Shown here: piece after piece, positions 9,686 through 18,377 of the stretch
Layout: each line of letters starts with the position of its first letter
Position numbering within the stretch: position 1 is the first letter of the stretch
Source of the DNA: a virus
Lineage: Duplodnaviria > Caudoviricetes
Length of the DNA: 35,224 nucleotides
Virus record (IMG/VR): IMGVR_UViG_3300005805_000244
Coordinates: 1 to 35,224 of that record
Reading direction: 5' to 3' (one strand)
Position numbers and translations under genes: made by a program
The notes under the pieces: generated by a model
What the model saw: the letters and a program-made list of their open reading frames with translations, nothing else
What the model was told of the DNA's origin: nothing
Databases searched by the model: none

Positions 9686-10309
9686 ATGAACATTTACAAA
9701 GGTCAATTCTTTCAAGACAAGTATGTCAACAATAAGTTCTTCAAGAACAAAGACAATGGTGTCTTCCTTGACATTGGTGCAAACGATGGCATCACTTTTT
9801 CAAATACATATTTCTTTGAGAAAGAACTTGACTGGAAAGGAATGTGCATTGAACCACTTGATTCTGCATATGAACAATTGGTGTTGAATCGGTCAAGCAT
9901 AAACATCAAAGGTTGTGCATGGACTTGTGATACAACAATGAAGTTCAGACAAGTCAATGGTGGTGGTGAGATGTTGTCAGGTCTTGTTGATGCTTATCAG
10001 ATGGAGCATCAGAAACGCATTGAACTTGAGTCGATGAATGATGGCTATGTTGACATCGATATCAATTGCTATGACATCAACGCATTGCTTGACAAACACA
10101 AGATGTATGACATTGACTTATTGTCAATTGATACCGAAGGAAGTGAGTTCAACATCTTGCAATGTATTGATTTCACAAAGTTCAAAATCAAAGTCATCAT
10201 TGCAGAAAACAACTACAATGATTTTGAAGTCAGAAGATTGTTGGCATCCAAAGGATACATCTTCGATTCAAGACTTGACATCGATGACATCTTTGTCTTG
10301 GCTACTTGA
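9686..10309 (+). CDS. FkbM-family SAM-dependent methyltransferase
   Basis: QFFQD, FLDIGANDG..SNT, WKGMCIEP, LSIDTEGSE. Confidence 0.9.
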   Translation: MNIYKGQFFQDKYVNNKFFKNKDNGVFLDIGANDGITFSNTYFFEKELDWKGMCIEPLDSAYEQLVLNRSSINIKGCAWTCDTTMKFRQVNGGGEMLSGLVDAYQMEHQKRIELESMNDGYVDIDINCYDINALLDKHKMYDIDLLSIDTEGSEFNILQCIDFTKFKIKVIIAENNYNDFEVRRLLASKGYIFDSRLDIDDIFVLAT

Positions 10310-10496
10310 TGATGGCTCCTGTTTCTTTTGCGAAACGATATTCGGTAATCAACTTATTCACAGCATTCTCAAAAGATAGTTTGCGACCTCTTGTCAATGC
10401 ATCGGCTTGGATGCGTTTGATGGTCAAACAATTCTCCGGAGTGAAGATGATGCCATAGGCACAACACTCTTCACAATCACCTTTTTTTCTTGCCAT
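10302..10496 (-). CDS. small putative DNA-binding regulator (ribbon-helix-helix-like) with N-terminal Cys cluster
   Basis: MARKKGDCEECC...LSFENAVNKLITEY; minus-strand TACATTTG promoter just upstream. Confidence 0.6.
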   Translation of the reverse strand: MARKKGDCEECCAYGIIFTPENCLTIKRIQADALTRGRKLSFENAVNKLITEYRFAKETGAIIK

Positions 10497-10526
10497 ATAT
10501 ATGAGATGTAAAGTGATGTAAATATA

Positions 10527-10534
10527 CAAATGTA
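10527..10534 (-). promoter_or_regulatory. Bacteroidota-type -7 promoter element TACATTTG
   Basis: Plus strand CAAATGTA; matches TAnnTTTG, 30 nt upstream of the minus gene. Confidence 0.6.
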
Positions 10535-10576
10535 AATATCAATTATCAATTTTACTTTGATTTATTTTGCATTGCT

Positions 10577-10891
10577 ATGAAAACACTTAAAGTATTTCTC
10601 AAATCGGGCAGCGAAGTATTCGTTCCCGAAAGCAACATCGAAACATTTAGACGCATCCACTTTGACAATATTGTTGAAATAGTATATCCCGATTCAAAAG
10701 GAGAATACAAAGCAACAAAGAAAGTTGTTGAAAGTGTTGATGTAAGTGTTGCCATCAATTCATTCAAAAAAGAGAATGAAGAACTGGCAAAAGAGAATGA
10801 GATTCTGAAGGAAACTTTGGAGAATCTCAACACTATCGTTGATGATGTTGCTGAAAAGACGGCTAAAAAAAGCAAAACCAAAACCAAATAA
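10577..10891 (+). CDS. hypothetical protein with coiled coil and basic tail
   Basis: 104 aa, first gene of the capsid operon. Confidence 0.65.
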   Translation: MKTLKVFLKSGSEVFVPESNIETFRRIHFDNIVEIVYPDSKGEYKATKKVVESVDVSVAINSFKKENEELAKENEILKETLENLNTIVDDVAEKTAKKSKTKTK

Positions 10892-10894
10892 TAT

Positions 10895-11800
10895 ATGAAA
10901 CTCGGAGAATTTCTCAACAAACTATTTACTGATGTTGGCATCGCATATGATGATCCAAGTGTAAAAGCAGTATTGTCTTCACCATCAATCATTGAACTTG
11001 ATGTTCCTGATGATTTGACTGGAAGAGTCTTGTCTAACTTATTGACTCAAGAGGCAGCAGAGGCAAATCCAAAAATCAAATCATTGATAACTGCAAAAGC
11101 ATTGAATCCTATTGATTCAAAGATTGAAGCTCTTGCTGAAAAGCACGGAATCAATGACAAGTGGTTGGTGTTCAAAGATGCCAATGTCAAACGCAATGCT
11201 GATGGTCGATTCAACACTTACGATGCCATTGAGAAATTCAACGATTTCATTGCAGAAGAGTTGAAAGGAAAGTTTGCCGGAGCAAGTCAAGGTGACAAAT
11301 CAAAGATGATTAAAGACATCGAAGACTTGAATGCAAAGATTCTCACAACTCAACAATCATACGAACAAAAGATTCAGCAATTGCAGTCAGAAAGACAAAG
11401 CGACCGAATCAATTGGACTCTTGACAATCTTTATTCATCATACAAGTATGCAATGGAAGACACACTCAAGATGCCGAAAGAAGTCTGCATTGAAACTGCA
11501 AAGAATATTGCATCTAAAAAATTAAAAGAAAACGGCTTGAAGGTTGTCGCTGATGATTTGGGAAACATCGTTCTGCGGACATCTGAAGATACTCCTTACT
11601 TTGAGCAAAATAAACAAGTTTCGGTTAGCGACTACTTTTCAAAAGTATTTGCAGACAACAATCTACTCCAAGCATCTGCACCATCAACCGCTCCTGTTCA
11701 ACAAATGACTGCACCACAAGTGAACGCAAATGTTAGTCGCTCACAAAACGCAGCCATCAGCAAACTGGCAGCACAAATTGCAGAGGCAAATCAAATCTAA
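10895..11800 (+). CDS. capsid scaffolding protein
   Basis: Helical/coiled coil, low-complexity C-terminus, directly upstream of the major capsid gene. Confidence 0.65.
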   Translation: MKLGEFLNKLFTDVGIAYDDPSVKAVLSSPSIIELDVPDDLTGRVLSNLLTQEAAEANPKIKSLITAKALNPIDSKIEALAEKHGINDKWLVFKDANVKRNADGRFNTYDAIEKFNDFIAEELKGKFAGASQGDKSKMIKDIEDLNAKILTTQQSYEQKIQQLQSERQSDRINWTLDNLYSSYKYAMEDTLKMPKEVCIETAKNIASKKLKENGLKVVADDLGNIVLRTSEDTPYFEQNKQVSVSDYFSKVFADNNLLQASAPSTAPVQQMTAPQVNANVSRSQNAAISKLAAQIAEANQI

Positions 11801-11820
11801 ATTCTAACAATTAAAATAAA

Positions 11821-12939
11821 ATGGCAAACGGATTTCGCCCTTATTTACTCGCACATCTGATGGAGATTGCACAATCTGCAACTCCTCAATTCAAAGTTGA
11901 TCCACAAGGATTTCTTAACTTTCTTCAATCACAAAAGAAACCATCAGTTCTTCGCCTTAATAATGCCGCTGGACACCAAGAAAGTGTTCAAGTAAAGTAT
12001 CGTCAAAGGTGGACAAAAGATTTCGTTGATTCTTCAATCGATTGTAATGTTACCAATGTTCCATCTTATCTTGAAACATCAGTTGCTCTTGCTTCCACAT
12101 CTGCATTTGCAATCAACATTGCTGATGAAACCATCGCAAAGTATGAAGATGAGGCATCAAAGACGGTTGCCGTAGGTCAACCATCAACTGATTTCATGAA
12201 TGAGTTCGTTGAAGAAATATATGCTGGTGCTAACGCAATTCTTTCCAAATTGAACTCTGATTTGTTGACTATCCTTTCAGCAAACATCGGTGTCAATAGA
12301 AGGACTGGTGTCAACACCGCATCTACAATCAATTTGAACAAGAATGCAAACACCAACAATCTTACCGATGGTATCACGCAGATTCTTGCCGATTACAAAC
12401 TGAATGGTTTCACAGGAACTCCACAAGCAATTGGTGGTGGTTTGTTTGCTAACTACATGTGGCAACAAGTTGCTAAAGGTTTGGATTCAACAGGTCTGAA
12501 CTCTTCAATACTTGCCGGAGGCATGAAGTTCTATTATGACCTTGATGTTGCAACCGTTTTCGGTGCAAACCATCTCATCGTTGCTGAACCTGATGCAGTT
12601 CAAATCGTGGAGTATATGAAATACACAGGATTCAAAGCCGGAATCAAACCCGGTGGTTCTACATTCGGAACAATGACTCTTCCTATGCAAGTTGGAACTG
12701 AAGTTCTTGGTGTTGATTTTGATTTCCAATTGAAATACAACGATTGTAAGAAATCATTCACCGATGCTTACTATGGCAATTCAGTTGAAATCGAACCCGG
12801 CTATCAGTTAATCATTAGCAAATCTGCCGGTCTGTTTACTCTGCCGACAAATGCTTATCGTGCCGGAGATCCTCTTGTTGGAAATCGTGGCACATTGCGT
12901 TACAATATCACCAACTCTTGTGATGATTGCGGAGCATAA
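11821..12939 (+). CDS. major capsid protein
   Basis: 372 aa, after scaffold, followed by a strong terminator. Confidence 0.75.
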   Translation: MANGFRPYLLAHLMEIAQSATPQFKVDPQGFLNFLQSQKKPSVLRLNNAAGHQESVQVKYRQRWTKDFVDSSIDCNVTNVPSYLETSVALASTSAFAINIADETIAKYEDEASKTVAVGQPSTDFMNEFVEEIYAGANAILSKLNSDLLTILSANIGVNRRTGVNTASTINLNKNANTNNLTDGITQILADYKLNGFTGTPQAIGGGLFANYMWQQVAKGLDSTGLNSSILAGGMKFYYDLDVATVFGANHLIVAEPDAVQIVEYMKYTGFKAGIKPGGSTFGTMTLPMQVGTEVLGVDFDFQLKYNDCKKSFTDAYYGNSVEIEPGYQLIISKSAGLFTLPTNAYRAGDPLVGNRGTLRYNITNSCDDCGA

Positions 12940-12960
12940 CGCAAAGTAATTGTTGATAAC

Positions 12961-12997
12961 AAGAAGACCCTACTCTTCATCGGGTAGGGTCTTTTTT
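12961..12997 (+). terminator. rho-independent terminator
   Basis: AAGACCCTAC / GTAGGGTCTT stem with T-run. Confidence 0.85.
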
Positions 12998-13011
12998 AAA
13001 ACCATAAAAAA

Positions 13012-14043
13012 TTGGATTGTTTAATTAACTATATAGGAATCAGAGGATGCAGTAACACTACATCTACATCGGGCATTTACATCAATGACTTTTTGTATGG
13101 CTTGGAGTGGAGGCAGATTGACCAAATCGCAGATGCTGACCAACAATCGTTTGTTGGTGTTTGGAGTGATGTGCAGAAGAGAGCAGCCGCAAGATTCAAG
13201 GTTGACACCAATGTTGCAATGAACAATAAGTTCGGAGCAAATGGATACAATAGTGGTTACAAGCTCAAGCACATTCTTCAATCGCATGACATCGGAAAGA
13301 AGATAGATGCATCAACAACATTCGCACCATTGAATGAAAATCGTGGATTGCGAATCGAAACATCACAATATGGAAGCAACTTGCAATTGATTCACATCCA
13401 AACAATCAATGTTTATTTTGCAAACCCATACAACTTTACCGTTACAATCAAAGACATTACAACCAACACAACACTTGACACATTCAATGTGACTGGTATT
13501 GCCGGATGGAATGCAATCAATGTCGGCAAAGACTACTACTCGAAAAATATTTCAATCACATATATGGCAACAGGAACAACATCAACATCCTTGCAACTTG
13601 AAAATGTCAATGGATGGAACAATGATTGCAACTGCACTTGTTATTCAACAAGCAGATGTGAATCATATGTGTATGGTGTCAAGGGTTCTACGCAGACAAC
13701 AAACACTTATGGTGTTTCGGTTGTGTTCAGCAGCAAGTGTTCATATGACACTTTGGTCTGCAACAACAAAGGACACTTTCTGACATCATGGGCATACTTG
13801 CTTGGTGCAGAACTGATGAATGAACGCATCTACTCCTCACGCATCAATCGATGGACAACCATCGACAAGACAAGAGCAATTGAATTGCGTAAAGAATATG
13901 AGGCGAAATACATTGGTGGAATCATCAATGAAACAAAATATGCCGGAGATTTAAACAATGCCGTCTATGGTCTTTCTCTTAATCAAAACGATTGTTGCAT
14001 TGAATGTGACGCTCCTGTTTCATACAAAAGCACCATCCTCTAA
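13012..14043 (+). CDS. head completion/head-tail adaptor-like protein (TTG start)
   Basis: Position after capsid; helical ends around a beta-rich insert; Cys-rich. Confidence 0.55.
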   Translation: MDCLINYIGIRGCSNTTSTSGIYINDFLYGLEWRQIDQIADADQQSFVGVWSDVQKRAAARFKVDTNVAMNNKFGANGYNSGYKLKHILQSHDIGKKIDASTTFAPLNENRGLRIETSQYGSNLQLIHIQTINVYFANPYNFTVTIKDITTNTTLDTFNVTGIAGWNAINVGKDYYSKNISITYMATGTTSTSLQLENVNGWNNDCNCTCYSTSRCESYVYGVKGSTQTTNTYGVSVVFSSKCSYDTLVCNNKGHFLTSWAYLLGAELMNERIYSSRINRWTTIDKTRAIELRKEYEAKYIGGIINETKYAGDLNNAVYGLSLNQNDCCIECDAPVSYKSTIL

Positions 14044-14045
14044 AG

Positions 14046-14696
14046 ATGAACTACGAAAGCAACATCGATAATGTCTTGCGTAAGTTTGAAAACAAACTAA
14101 CGAAGTTGACTGGTGTTGGCAAGAATCAAATGATCCGGGAGGTTGCATCAACATTGTATGCAAATATAAGTCATCGCATTCATAACGATGGCAAAGCGGC
14201 AGACAATACTCCAATCGGAAAGTATTCAACGAAGTTGATGTTGGCTACCAAGAACCAATTCAAGAACAAATCGAAGTTCAAACAAACGGTCATTGAATCA
14301 ACACAATTGAAATTCAAAAATACAAAACAAGGAGTCAAGACAAAGAAAGGAAAGAAAACAAAGCAACCATTGTGGATTAAGTTTCCGAAAGCAAAGAAAG
14401 CCGTTCCTGTCATGATGATTGAAGGTGGCTATCGTGATTTCAGAAACATTCAAGGTATGGATGCAATGAATGTCAACCTAAATTATTTTGGCAATCTTCG
14501 TAAGGACTTTGGATTTCAAGCACAAGGCAAAGACTATGTCATTGGATTCAAGTCTGCATATGGTGAAAAACTCCGCAAGATATTTGAACAAGATAAATAC
14601 AAGAAAAAGATTTGGGCAGCATCAAAAGCAGACCAACAAATTGCAGTCGATATTTTTGAACGATATTTAGAACAAGAATTGAATGCCAAAGATTAA
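14046..14696 (+). CDS. neck/tail completion protein with Lys-rich insertion
   Basis: RIHNDGKAAD..IGKYS and VNLNYFGNLR resemble virion morphogenesis proteins; basic. Confidence 0.55.
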   Translation: MNYESNIDNVLRKFENKLTKLTGVGKNQMIREVASTLYANISHRIHNDGKAADNTPIGKYSTKLMLATKNQFKNKSKFKQTVIESTQLKFKNTKQGVKTKKGKKTKQPLWIKFPKAKKAVPVMMIEGGYRDFRNIQGMDAMNVNLNYFGNLRKDFGFQAQGKDYVIGFKSAYGEKLRKIFEQDKYKKKIWAASKADQQIAVDIFERYLEQELNAKD

Positions 14697-15279
14697 AGAA
14701 ATAATCACATACATCAACAATGAGTTGAAATCAGTATTGACACAAAATCAATATCAGATGGCAACTTATTATGATGATATTGTTGAATTGGTTCCTGTCA
14801 TCGAAAACGATGTGCGTAACACTTACCCGGCAATCATTGACAACTATGGTGACGGCATCTCTGCAATCATTGATGATACCGTTCCCATGCAAGTCTATCA
14901 TCGTTTGAATGGTCTTGAATATGAAGTCATTCTTGAAGACAATTATGGTGACAATCTGAACACCATTCAAGAAACTGCAAACATGACAATGATTGTCATA
15001 AGCGACCGAATCAAGATACAAACGCACGGCAGCAATTTGATTTCAACAATATTGTTGTATATGCCTAAAGAAACCAACAACACTTTCTTGAGCAACAACA
15101 ACATCGAACATATATCAATTGAAATTGCATCGGTAAACACAAATAGTGAAGAGGTCTACAAAGCAGAGTATTCAACTGAATCATTTGACTTGCGACCATC
15201 TTCAATCATGTATGCCGTTACATATAAAATCGTTACTCAATTCAGCAAGGATTGTTTCCCTACTTGTTTAATTGATTAA
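14683..15279 (+). CDS. tail terminator-like protein
   Basis: Acidic, 198 aa, between neck and tail tube genes. Confidence 0.45.
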   Translation: MPKIKEIITYINNELKSVLTQNQYQMATYYDDIVELVPVIENDVRNTYPAIIDNYGDGISAIIDDTVPMQVYHRLNGLEYEVILEDNYGDNLNTIQETANMTMIVISDRIKIQTHGSNLISTILLYMPKETNNTFLSNNNIEHISIEIASVNTNSEEVYKAEYSTESFDLRPSSIMYAVTYKIVTQFSKDCFPTCLID

Positions 15280-15325
15280 AAGGGCAAATGCCATAATTCA
15301 AAAACAATAATAAAAATAAACTACA

Positions 15326-15859
15326 ATGCCAATTTACTATCCATCGTGTAACACCGTGTTGTCACCGACCTGTAGTGATTGTCCTCCAAAAGAACTTGGT
15401 GGCATTCGCAGCATATGGTTTCAGCACGTTTCGGTTGCATTTGCCGACATAACAAACCCAGCGGAATGGGCAGCAAAGATTTGTGCCGGATCAGTTATCG
15501 TTCTTCCAAAGACAAGAGGTTCTCTTGAAATGGCTGAAGTTACTGAAACAGGTTTCGGTGACATTCCAATGGACTTGTCCGGATATGATTTCACTCTTAA
15601 TGTGTTCGACCCAAACTATCTCGGAAACTGCAACTTTTGGAACTCTATCAAAAAGTCACTTGATTATTTGGTAGGCTACAGAACCGAATCGCAAGTATAT
15701 CTTTCAAGCAAACCCGCTTTGGTTATTCCAAAAGCACCGATTGCCGAAGACATCAAATCAAAAGTGATTTGGAATGCAACCATCAAGTTCTCACAAGAGG
15801 ACATCCCATGTCCAACAAATATGCCTGTCGGAATCTTCGACCGTTGCATTGCTTGTTAA
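15326..15859 (+). CDS. major tail tube protein
   Basis: CSDCPPKELGGIRSI N-terminus, beta-rich, size and synteny. Confidence 0.6.
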   Translation: MPIYYPSCNTVLSPTCSDCPPKELGGIRSIWFQHVSVAFADITNPAEWAAKICAGSVIVLPKTRGSLEMAEVTETGFGDIPMDLSGYDFTLNVFDPNYLGNCNFWNSIKKSLDYLVGYRTESQVYLSSKPALVIPKAPIAEDIKSKVIWNATIKFSQEDIPCPTNMPVGIFDRCIAC

Positions 15860-16209
15860 TGATGACAATGGAGAAACTCTGCACATACAATAGTTATTCT
15901 GATTGCGAAAAATGTTTAGAGGTGGTCAGTAGTCTTCCGTTTGTGTTGGCTACTGACCTCACTCCATTGACTGAATACTTTGTGTTCTGCAAGGATAAGT
16001 TCGGGGAGGTCTATTTCACAACAATCACAACAACATTGACTGGAGAATTGTCATTCAATGACACATTGTTCTTGAATCTTTTCAATTCTGCAAGTGGTGT
16101 TTTCAATATTTGGATTTCATCCGATGCATCGGGATTGCCAAAGGCAACACTTTATGAAGAGGATGATGTTCCTGTTAAATGCATTGTGTATAAATACATT
16201 TGTGACTGA
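15859..16209 (+). CDS. hypothetical structural protein
   Basis: Start at ATG overlapping the tube stop (TAATG); coupled to the fibre gene. Confidence 0.6.
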   Translation: MMTMEKLCTYNSYSDCEKCLEVVSSLPFVLATDLTPLTEYFVFCKDKFGEVYFTTITTTLTGELSFNDTLFLNLFNSASGVFNIWISSDASGLPKATLYEEDDVPVKCIVYKYICD

Positions 16210-17396
16210 TGCCATACATCGATAAGTTCTATACGGTCAACAATCTTTACTACATCGGGTATGATGATATGTCATATTTGTATGTTCAACAAGATGGTTG
16301 TCAATTATACTTGACTGCGAATCCGAATGTCGCAATACTTGTCGATGTCTATGACAACAACTACACACTTGACATCACACTCATCACAACACCAACGGTT
16401 GGTTCAATATCTGCGTTAATCAGTTTAACACCGACACAAGTCATATCACCGACAGGGAGTGCCGGAGGTGATTTGTCAGGAACCTATCCGAATCCATCAG
16501 TTGTATGGGCAAATGGTGTTACATACTACAACACGCAATACATCAATAGCACAAGGGCAATAAACACAACATCACCATTGACCGGAGGTGGTGACTTGTC
16601 TGCCGATAGAACCATTGCAATGCCTCAAGCAACGGCATTGGTAAGTGGTTATCTTGGCAATGCTGATTGGGGAACATTCAACGGAAAAGAACCGGGCATT
16701 CCATTTGGCACAACATCACAATGGTTTAGAGGTGATAAGACTTGGCAATCATTGCCGAATGCAGTTGCCGATGGAACAACAAAAGGAGTTGCCACATTTA
16801 CTGCATCCGATTTCAATGATAACGGATCCGGTGTCATCAGCATTGACTATGCCAACGGACAAGTTGCCAACGGAAGCACAAAAGGTTTTGTAACATCTGC
16901 CGATTGGCAAATGTTTAATGCAAAAATCGGTGGCAAGATTTACAAAGACCATACGAATGCAACTGCGGTTACAGGAACCACGGCAAACACACTTGTCAAA
17001 TCAGTCTTGATTCCCGGTGGCACATTTGCCGTAGGTGACATTTTGAATATTATTTATAGGGCAAGGAAAGTGGGTACAGCAGGTACTACATCCTTGCGTA
17101 TATACATAAACACAACGGCAGCCATTGCCGGAGGAACATTACTTGCAACCAACACAACTGCAACCGCCACATTATTTTCACAAATAACAAGGGAGGCGGT
17201 CATCAAAACTGCGACCAATACGGAAGTGGTTGCTTCTGCAACTGCGGGTGTCACGGATGCAATCAATTCAACCGTTGCTGCATCTGCACTCAATATTGAT
17301 TGGACAACCGACAAGTATTTTGTTTTCGCTATTCAGAACGCAAATACAGGCGATAGCACAACGGCATCTATGTATAATATTAAAATGCTTGAATAA
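16209..17396 (+). CDS. tail fibre/receptor-binding protein
   Basis: AGGDLSGTYPNP, TTSPLTGGGDLSADRTI, repeated A....G.....DW..FN.K units, Thr/Ala-rich C-terminal domain. Confidence 0.75.
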   Translation: MPYIDKFYTVNNLYYIGYDDMSYLYVQQDGCQLYLTANPNVAILVDVYDNNYTLDITLITTPTVGSISALISLTPTQVISPTGSAGGDLSGTYPNPSVVWANGVTYYNTQYINSTRAINTTSPLTGGGDLSADRTIAMPQATALVSGYLGNADWGTFNGKEPGIPFGTTSQWFRGDKTWQSLPNAVADGTTKGVATFTASDFNDNGSGVISIDYANGQVANGSTKGFVTSADWQMFNAKIGGKIYKDHTNATAVTGTTANTLVKSVLIPGGTFAVGDILNIIYRARKVGTAGTTSLRIYINTTAAIAGGTLLATNTTATATLFSQITREAVIKTATNTEVVASATAGVTDAINSTVAASALNIDWTTDKYFVFAIQNANTGDSTTASMYNIKMLE

Positions 17397-17599
17397 TGCA
17401 TCAATTGATTTTTAATAATAATATCATCACATTGAATGGCATTGATTATGCATATGAACAGGCAGAAAAGATTGATGACCTATGCGTTCATGTTTTCATG
17501 GGAGGTCAAGTGATTGCATTCATGGGAGAAGATACAACGATAAACGGCATTGCAATGGCAACGGCTGATGACATCATAAACACTTTAAACAATGGCTAA
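17396..17599 (+). CDS. small hypothetical protein (possible fibre accessory)
   Basis: TAATG coupling to the fibre gene. Confidence 0.6.
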   Translation: MHQLIFNNNIITLNGIDYAYEQAEKIDDLCVHVFMGGQVIAFMGEDTTINGIAMATADDIINTLNNG

Positions 17600-17813
17600 C
17601 TTTCATCCAAAAAATTACACAAAGAAAAATACTCCTGATGCTGCACAAAAGATAGGTGATGCATTGCTTTTACTTGGAGCAATCGGTGGAGTCATTGTTG
17701 CTGCACCTATAGCATTGCCAGTCGGTGTTGTTACAATTGCCGGATACCTTGTGACTATCGGTGCAGTTGGAAAAGTGGTTACCAAGTTCTTTGGTGCTGA
17801 AGTCGAAGAATAA
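17592..17813 (+). CDS. small membrane protein (holin-like or virion membrane protein)
   Basis: Long hydrophobic hairpin LLLLGAIGGVIVAAPIALPVGVVTIAGYLV. Confidence 0.6.
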   Translation: MANFHPKNYTKKNTPDAAQKIGDALLLLGAIGGVIVAAPIALPVGVVTIAGYLVTIGAVGKVVTKFFGAEVEE

Positions 17814-18168
17814 AAAAGCGACTTTTTTTTATTTGATTAATAGTAATTATTGTTATTACTATTAGGTTATCCTTGTAGATTTAGAGCATCGTTCAAGCAT
17901 AGTTGTTCTATCCTCACTTTCTTATTAAAAAAAAGTGAGTTGAACTATGCTCTGACTTTTTTGGACATCCTCGTGAGTTTGTCGCACCGCCATTTGCATA
18001 CATAGGTCAACGCATCGTGCCTATGCTTGGAGTCTATTTACGAAACTAATGCGTTCCGTCAGTCATATGGCTCTCTCCTTTGTTGCACCATTGGTCTTTG
18101 ACTGCATCCCCTTGTAGACCTTATTTCGATTTGCCCAAGTGTTAATCTCATTCCCCCAACAAATCGAC
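17813..18168 (-). ncRNA. candidate ~350-nt structured non-coding RNA or RNA-based origin element
   Basis: No credible ORF; at least 5 stems, a possible pseudoknot, an upstream TATATTTG, and G-U pairs favouring the minus strand. Confidence 0.55.
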
Positions 18169-18169
18169 A

Positions 18170-18177
18170 CAAATATA
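18170..18177 (-). promoter_or_regulatory. -7 promoter element TATATTTG pointing into the non-coding element
   Basis: Plus strand CAAATATA; TTG about 22 nt upstream on the minus strand. Confidence 0.6.
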
Positions 18178-18203
18178 AAAAAACACGCATTTCGTGGGTC
18201 AAG

Positions 18204-18212
18204 TGTGAATAA
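18204..18212 (-). promoter_or_regulatory. DnaA-box consensus TTATTCACA
   Basis: Plus strand TGTGAATAA; matches TTWTNCACA. Confidence 0.5.
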
Positions 18213-18355
18213 CTATGACCTATTTTTGACAGGATCCAATGCAAAATCACCCTTTTTTGAATATCAATATGAAAAAAATGGTGTTGATTTTCAGTACTTT
18301 ATAAAAATCTGCAACTTTATTTTGATTCTTATGTCGAACATTCAACATTTGATTG

Positions 18356-18363
18356 TAGATTTG
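18356..18363 (+). promoter_or_regulatory. early promoter -7 element TAGATTTG
   Basis: TAnnTTTG match upstream of the early gene cluster. Confidence 0.65.
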
Positions 18364-18377
18364 CAGAAACAAACACG

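Noticed and set aside
16209-17396. Diversity-generating retroelement acting on the fibre
   Set aside because: No reverse transcriptase and no template/variable repeat pair seen
17871-18118. CCTTGTAGA repeat as a Cas12a-like mini CRISPR array
   Set aside because: Only two 9-nt copies about 240 nt apart, no repeat-spacer periodicity and no cas genes
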